Positions 58,551 to 64,000 of a DNA stretch of 64,000 bases are shown in pieces. The position numbers and the translations under genes were made by a program. The notes under the pieces were generated by a model, which was given only the letters and a program-made list of their open reading frames with translations, searched no databases and was not told the DNA's origin. Source of the stretch: Octopus vulgaris. Lineage: Eukaryota. The number at the start of each line of letters is the position of its first letter. The first letter of the stretch is position 1. Location of the stretch: NCBI GenBank assembly GCA_951406725.2, contig OX597817.1:116064001-116128000 (forward strand). The letters are read 5' to 3'.

Positions 58551-58841
58551 ATTAAAATCAAAATAAGCAACAAGGATATCCAGAGGTAATGAGTAGCTTC
58601 TAAGCTGAAGTAAAGACAGCATGTTCTCTATCTATCTCCTTACCTTCTTGGGCATTTTAGATAAATGTATGCTAATGTGTCCATATGTTTTAATGTATTT
58701 AAATTCTATATCTTTATGCAGCTGCGGATTGATCTGCATTTAAATTGATGTAATGATTGTATTGTTCAATTAAATGGAGTTGCTTGAAACGATTCTACTG
58801 CATTAGCTCTGGATATCCTTGTTGCGTATTTTGATTTTAAT
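58551..58841. repeat. Fold-back element with ~46-bp inverted arms
   Basis: ATTAAAATCAAAATAAGCAACAAGGATATCCAGAG.TAATG.AGTAG versus CTACTGCATTAGCTCTGGATATCCTTGTTGCGTATTTTGATTTTAAT. Confidence 0.88.
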
Positions 58842-58991
58842 CACCTTATTTTGAAATTGTATGGATAATACCGTACTAAAGTCTGATGCCTCAACGTAAG
58901 TACCATATTCATCTGAATCTAAATTTTTGTATATGCACATAAATACATAAATAACTACTTTCATACACACGGACACATACACACATATGAA

Positions 58992-59147
<156 letters not shown>

Positions 59148-60094
59148 TTGACAGGTTGACTTAATTATACACAATATAATATTCCATCTATATCAAGTAT
59201 TTAGAAGTCAAAATCAATATCTATCTGAATCCATATATCTGATGACCTTGACAATTTCTGCGCTCAGCTAGTTGCGGCTGAGTTAACTTGTGATTATATA
59301 GACACAACTCTGCCTAAATGTGGTTTCTAACATTCTCTTGTTTGATAACTCAGTACTAAATATTTGTGTTAATGTATGTGTATGCGTATACATATACAGG
59401 TATATGTATTTGCGTGTGCATATGTTTTCCCTTTATATATACTTAGACGTATGTCTGTACGTATATATAAGATTGTGGCTCGGCCTATATATTCATGATA
59501 CTGTGTATTTTCGGAAACGTTATAAATATATTTACATACGTAGGTTTAATAAAGAGGCATGCAATGAATTTCCTGTGCATACAGATTCCCTCGCTAAATC
59601 CTAAACCTTGCAAATTTTGCTGCACAGTTTACTGACGACTACTACTGATTACATTGTATAAACCACTGGCTGTTGAACAACTAATTAATCGTTGAATATT
59701 TGAAATCCTGTAGCAATACGAACGATCACAACGCTCAATCTGCCAACCATAAAAAGGAGAGGAAAAATATGTGCCAACGTTACTTCATCCAGAAGATGAG
59801 AGCCCGAAAGTATAGAAACGAGGATTATTGATTTAGAAATGAGAACTAAGTTGAAACAAATAATAAAAGTGACAAAATAATTTACACATTTTACGTCACA
59901 CAAATAAACTGCTACGAGTAAAGGAAAAAATACGTCACTATATGTCAGACTATAACTTTCACGGTTTTTTTAATTTGTGAAAGTACACGCTATATAATAA
60001 ATTATATGTGCGTATATTAGTGTGTTTCTGTATATACATACATACGCACACACATACATACATATACATACATACGTACACACACACACACAGA

Positions 60095-60207
<113 letters not shown>

Positions 60208-60208
60208 T

Positions 60209-60360
60209 TATCGGTTCGGTAAAGAGACCAATGAAATAAGTACCAGGCTTGAAAAAATAAATAAGTAGTGGGGTCGATTCATTTATCTAAAAATTCAAGC
60301 CCGTGCTCCAGTATGGCTGTCGTCTAATGACAATGACTGAAACAAGTAAAAGATAAAAGA
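60209..60360 (+). mobile_element. SINE 3' fragment (18975 family)
   Basis: CGGTTCGG...ATAAGTAC...GGGGTCGAT...TGACTGAAACAAGTAAAAGA. Confidence 0.7.
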
Positions 60361-60365
60361 TGCAT

Positions 60366-60416
<51 letters not shown>

Positions 60417-61244
60417 TATTACCGAGCACATATTTAATGCATGTGTCGTACAGGAAGTGAGTGAAACAAGTGATGGTCTATTTAATACTGATAAGTATCA
60501 ATTGAATAAAATATCAAATGATTGTAGTTAATACATTGAGTGAAACCTATTATAACACAAGCCATGCTAATAATCTACAGATAATGCTAAAAATTGTGAA
60601 ATTTATGCAGAATGTAAAAACAACATTTCCGTATATACTTTAACTTTTCCATCCGTCACAAGAACTACAAAATTATTTTCTTAAGAAATGAAATAAACTC
60701 TGTCTTCTAGCCTGCTTGTCTGTTCCTTTCTCTTTTTCTCATTCTCAACCCTGCCACATATACAATAACATATTTCTGTATATCGTAGCTTCTGTCAGCT
60801 TAAGGCAAATTATATCATCTCAAACCAGATCTGATTAACAAGTATTGGAATTATTTACATAAGATAATATCTTTCAGATTCCTCCTCTATTTCATAAGCC
60901 TGGTGATTACGCTAAGTCAGTCAGTTTTCACTTACGCGTTTTTGCATTTCTGCTCTAAGCTGAAAGGAAATAGCTAATTTCATCAACTTGTACATTCTTA
61001 GAGAATGTATATATAAGATTTATTTTAAATAAGAGACGACATTCTACAATATTACAATCTAGTTAAAATTTCTAAATATCTTTCTTCATCAGTTTTTAGA
61101 TATATCAGATGGCGCATTATCCAAGCAGTGTATTTTGTTGCTTATGCTGAAATCTCATTTTGCCGATTTCGCTTCAGACAGATGATTTTCGTCTGTGGTA
61201 GTCACAATAATTGATGTCGAAACCAGAAATCATTGCGTATAATA

Positions 61245-62507
61245 TTGGGTTGGCAACTAAGTTCCCGTCGTTTTCGTTTTAATTTTTGAATTTGTTGCGT
61301 TTTTAAATTTGGAATCTATTTTTTAACGAAAATTCTACTTTTCAATCATTTTGGAAGGTATTGTTTTTTTCTAGTTAATTTTAGTTAATTTTTGTTTATT
61401 TTCATATCATTAAGATGGAATGTCAACTTAACTAAAACGAGTATTTCCGACATGGTTTTGTTTTTAAATCAAGGTTCTAAGGCCGAAAAAGCTGCTCGCG
61501 ACATTTGGACTGTGTGTGGAGACGGTGTCATAGCTGAAAGAACCGCACGAGATTGATATGCCAAGTTCAAAAATGGAACTTTTGACGTCAAAGTCGCACC
61601 TTGATCTGGCCGTCCAGTTGAGTTAGATGAAGAGCGATTAACCCAACATTTGTATGAAAATTCTCGTCAAACGACAAGGGAACTGGCAGGGAAATTAGAA
61701 TTCTCCAACACTGCTATAGAGAAACATCTTTACTCGATGGGAAAGTTTCAGAATTATGGAGAATGGGTTCCGCATGCTTTTAGTGACAACAACCAAAATC
61801 AATGAGCCACAATCTCGGTTAGTTTGCTTGCTCGTCACCGCTCAACTCATGGACACAAGCAATGATTTCTTTGCCGAATCGTTACTGGCAACGAAAAATG
61901 GTGCCTGTTCATCTTTATGAAGCAGCATAAGAAATGCCTTAGCCCCAGTAAACAAGCGACACCGCGCGTGAAACAAGATTTTTGTCCACGTAAAACGATG
62001 TTGTGCATATGGTGGGACTGGGAATGGATTATCCATTACAAATCCTTTGAACGGAACTAAACGGTCAACGTGGAACTCTATGTTCAACAAATGGGACGAC
62101 TCAAAACGGCCATTTAAGAGAAAAGATCTAATCGGCAGCATGGAGTTCTTCTGCTGCACGGCAGCACCCGCCCTCATATCGCTAATATGACCAAGGACGC
62201 CATTCAAACGCATGGCTGGGAAGTGCTGGCGCACGAACCGTACTCTCCTGATTTGGTACCAACCGATTTCTACCTCTTTCGATCTCTTTCAAGTCCTATG
62301 CGCGGAGTTTCGTTTAATACTGATGCAGTATTGAGAGCTTGGTTGGATCAATTTTTCGAGTCGAAATCGGGTGATTTCTACCAACGAGGTAGAAGTTGTA
62401 AAGAACAAGGGTGAATACATTATTGATTAATGAGTTGTTATTTCTTATTAAACCTTTGAAAAGAATTAAAATTTAAAGAAACGGCGTGAACTTAGTTGCC
62501 AACCTAA
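61245..62507 (+). mobile_element. Full-length mariner (DD34D), mellifera-type TIRs, TA TSD
   Basis: TA-TTGGGTTGGCAACTAAGTTC.CG.CGTT and AACGGCGTGAACTTAGTTGCCAACCTAA-TA termini; 1263 bp. Confidence 0.93.
61415..62430 (+). pseudogene. Mariner transposase pseudogene
   Basis: AKFKNG.FD....SGRPVE, WVPHA, RIVTGNEKW, MLCIWWDW, LLHGSTRPH, PYSPDLVPTDFYLFRSL, GEYIID*. Several stops and frameshifts; the first two catalytic Asp positions are mutated. Confidence 0.92.
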
Positions 62508-64000
62508 TACTATTTTCCGTTAATCCATATGCAAATATATTCAACAGGGCTGTATTTACTGCATCGGTTTCTTAATCTATAACTATAAACTTCCAATACT
62601 GCTTCTTCCACTGAAAATTGGATAACATTTATCAAGTCTTTACTCACTCAGAACTTGTCCTGTATATTAGAATATTATTGTCCGACACTCTTCTTGTCTT
62701 GGAGATACAGTTTATAAATCAGAAACTAAACACTGCATTCTAAACTTGCATTCTATATGGAGTTTCGCTAACTTTGCAATTATCTCATGCATATCATAAA
62801 TGTTTTGCCTTATGGAAATATTCTTGTTGAGTTGTCTACTGAAAATTGATTACTGTTTGCAAATGCATCATTTTACAAAATCTTTATATTTATGATGTTT
62901 AGTAAAAGAGTGGAAAATTTTAAAACTAAATCCGATACTTTTGAATTCACAGCTAGTTTTCACTTACGAAGGAAAGCGAGTTGTGACAAAGGGAATCTAG
63001 TATCTCTCCATTTCCTCGAATATTTACTCGTAATTCTATCTTATTTGCAGTACAAAACACTGTAAAACGTATTTAACTGTATACATTTCAATGCAATCCT
63101 TATATTTTCGATAACTATATGTAACTGAACCATAATATTTTTTACAATGATTATAATAAAGGTGTTAGGATTAAGTCGTTATCACACGTATTGTAATTTA
63201 TATGACAAATGAAGCATTACATAAAGAATGTTGTGTATGTATTATGGTTAAAGAGAACTTATATATAAAAATGCAACTTGGTCACAGAGTAGCAATACTT
63301 TCGTATTTCATTGTGAATCATTAGGAAACTTACTCCGCTGAGAGCTCTACATAAGAAAACGAAACAATCATCAACTTCCCTTTATATAGCTTTGAATAAA
63401 AATGAAGGTTATAGATACGCAATAAACAATATGCCGAAAAGAGATTCCGTAATAATTCATTTGTAATAAGAGTTAATCAAATACTACATATTTTATGATT
63501 GAATTGAGAAGGTAATTTGAACGTGACATGACATGCATTAATAAGATTATAGACTATAAAGAATCAGTAAAACGGAACAAAACATTTACCTCAGGTACTT
63601 GGAATATAATCCTTATAACTTATTTAAAAAACATGCATGAATGTTTCCTCAAGAGATGCTTAAGTTGACAGACGTTTTCTCAACGTATCAACAATATACA
63701 TATATACGTATAATTTCTAGTTGCAGGAATCCTTAGAATATAGGTATTACAGCGTATAGGACACTAGGGAAGGCTGAGTAGTGCGCTTACAATACTCTGG
63801 AGTAACTTAAAGTTGACGTTTGCAGATTGTATGTTGTAAGTATGCACATATACAACTACACATTAATATCTATATATAAATACACATAGAGGAAACGCAT
63901 ATATACATAACGCTATAGATCAAATTCAGGGATGGTTCCATGTATAGCGTATATATAACACAAATACACGACTTGGGTTCGGAATTCACAACATTTTTTT

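Overview
AT-rich, microsatellite-dense eukaryotic DNA with no recognisable host protein-coding exon, so it is probably intergenic or a large intron. The tRNA-headed SINE families and the (TA)n/(CA)n/(TATC)n density suggest a coleoid cephalopod (Octopus-like); this is an inference from recalled repeat sequences and was not searched. Nearly all interpretable sequence is transposon-derived: a decayed Helitron PIF1-helicase segment plus short non-autonomous Helitron ends, two Tc1 (DD34E) copies, two DD37D (maT-type) elements, a rosa-like fragment, several mariners (one full-length with mellifera-type TIRs), a young 5'-truncated CR1-type LINE, an older LINE and many SINEs. Most ORFs in the track are microsatellite artefacts. 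The most notable non-obvious signal is an apparently intact minimal hammerhead ribozyme core (38269-38313) inside a non-coding fold-back element. At least three other fold-backs with unrelated arm sequences share the same layout (hammerhead-like remnant plus an inverted copy of the sequence just 3' of it), consistent with small non-autonomous Penelope-type/retrozyme-like elements. I see no evidence for a wholly new protein-based system.
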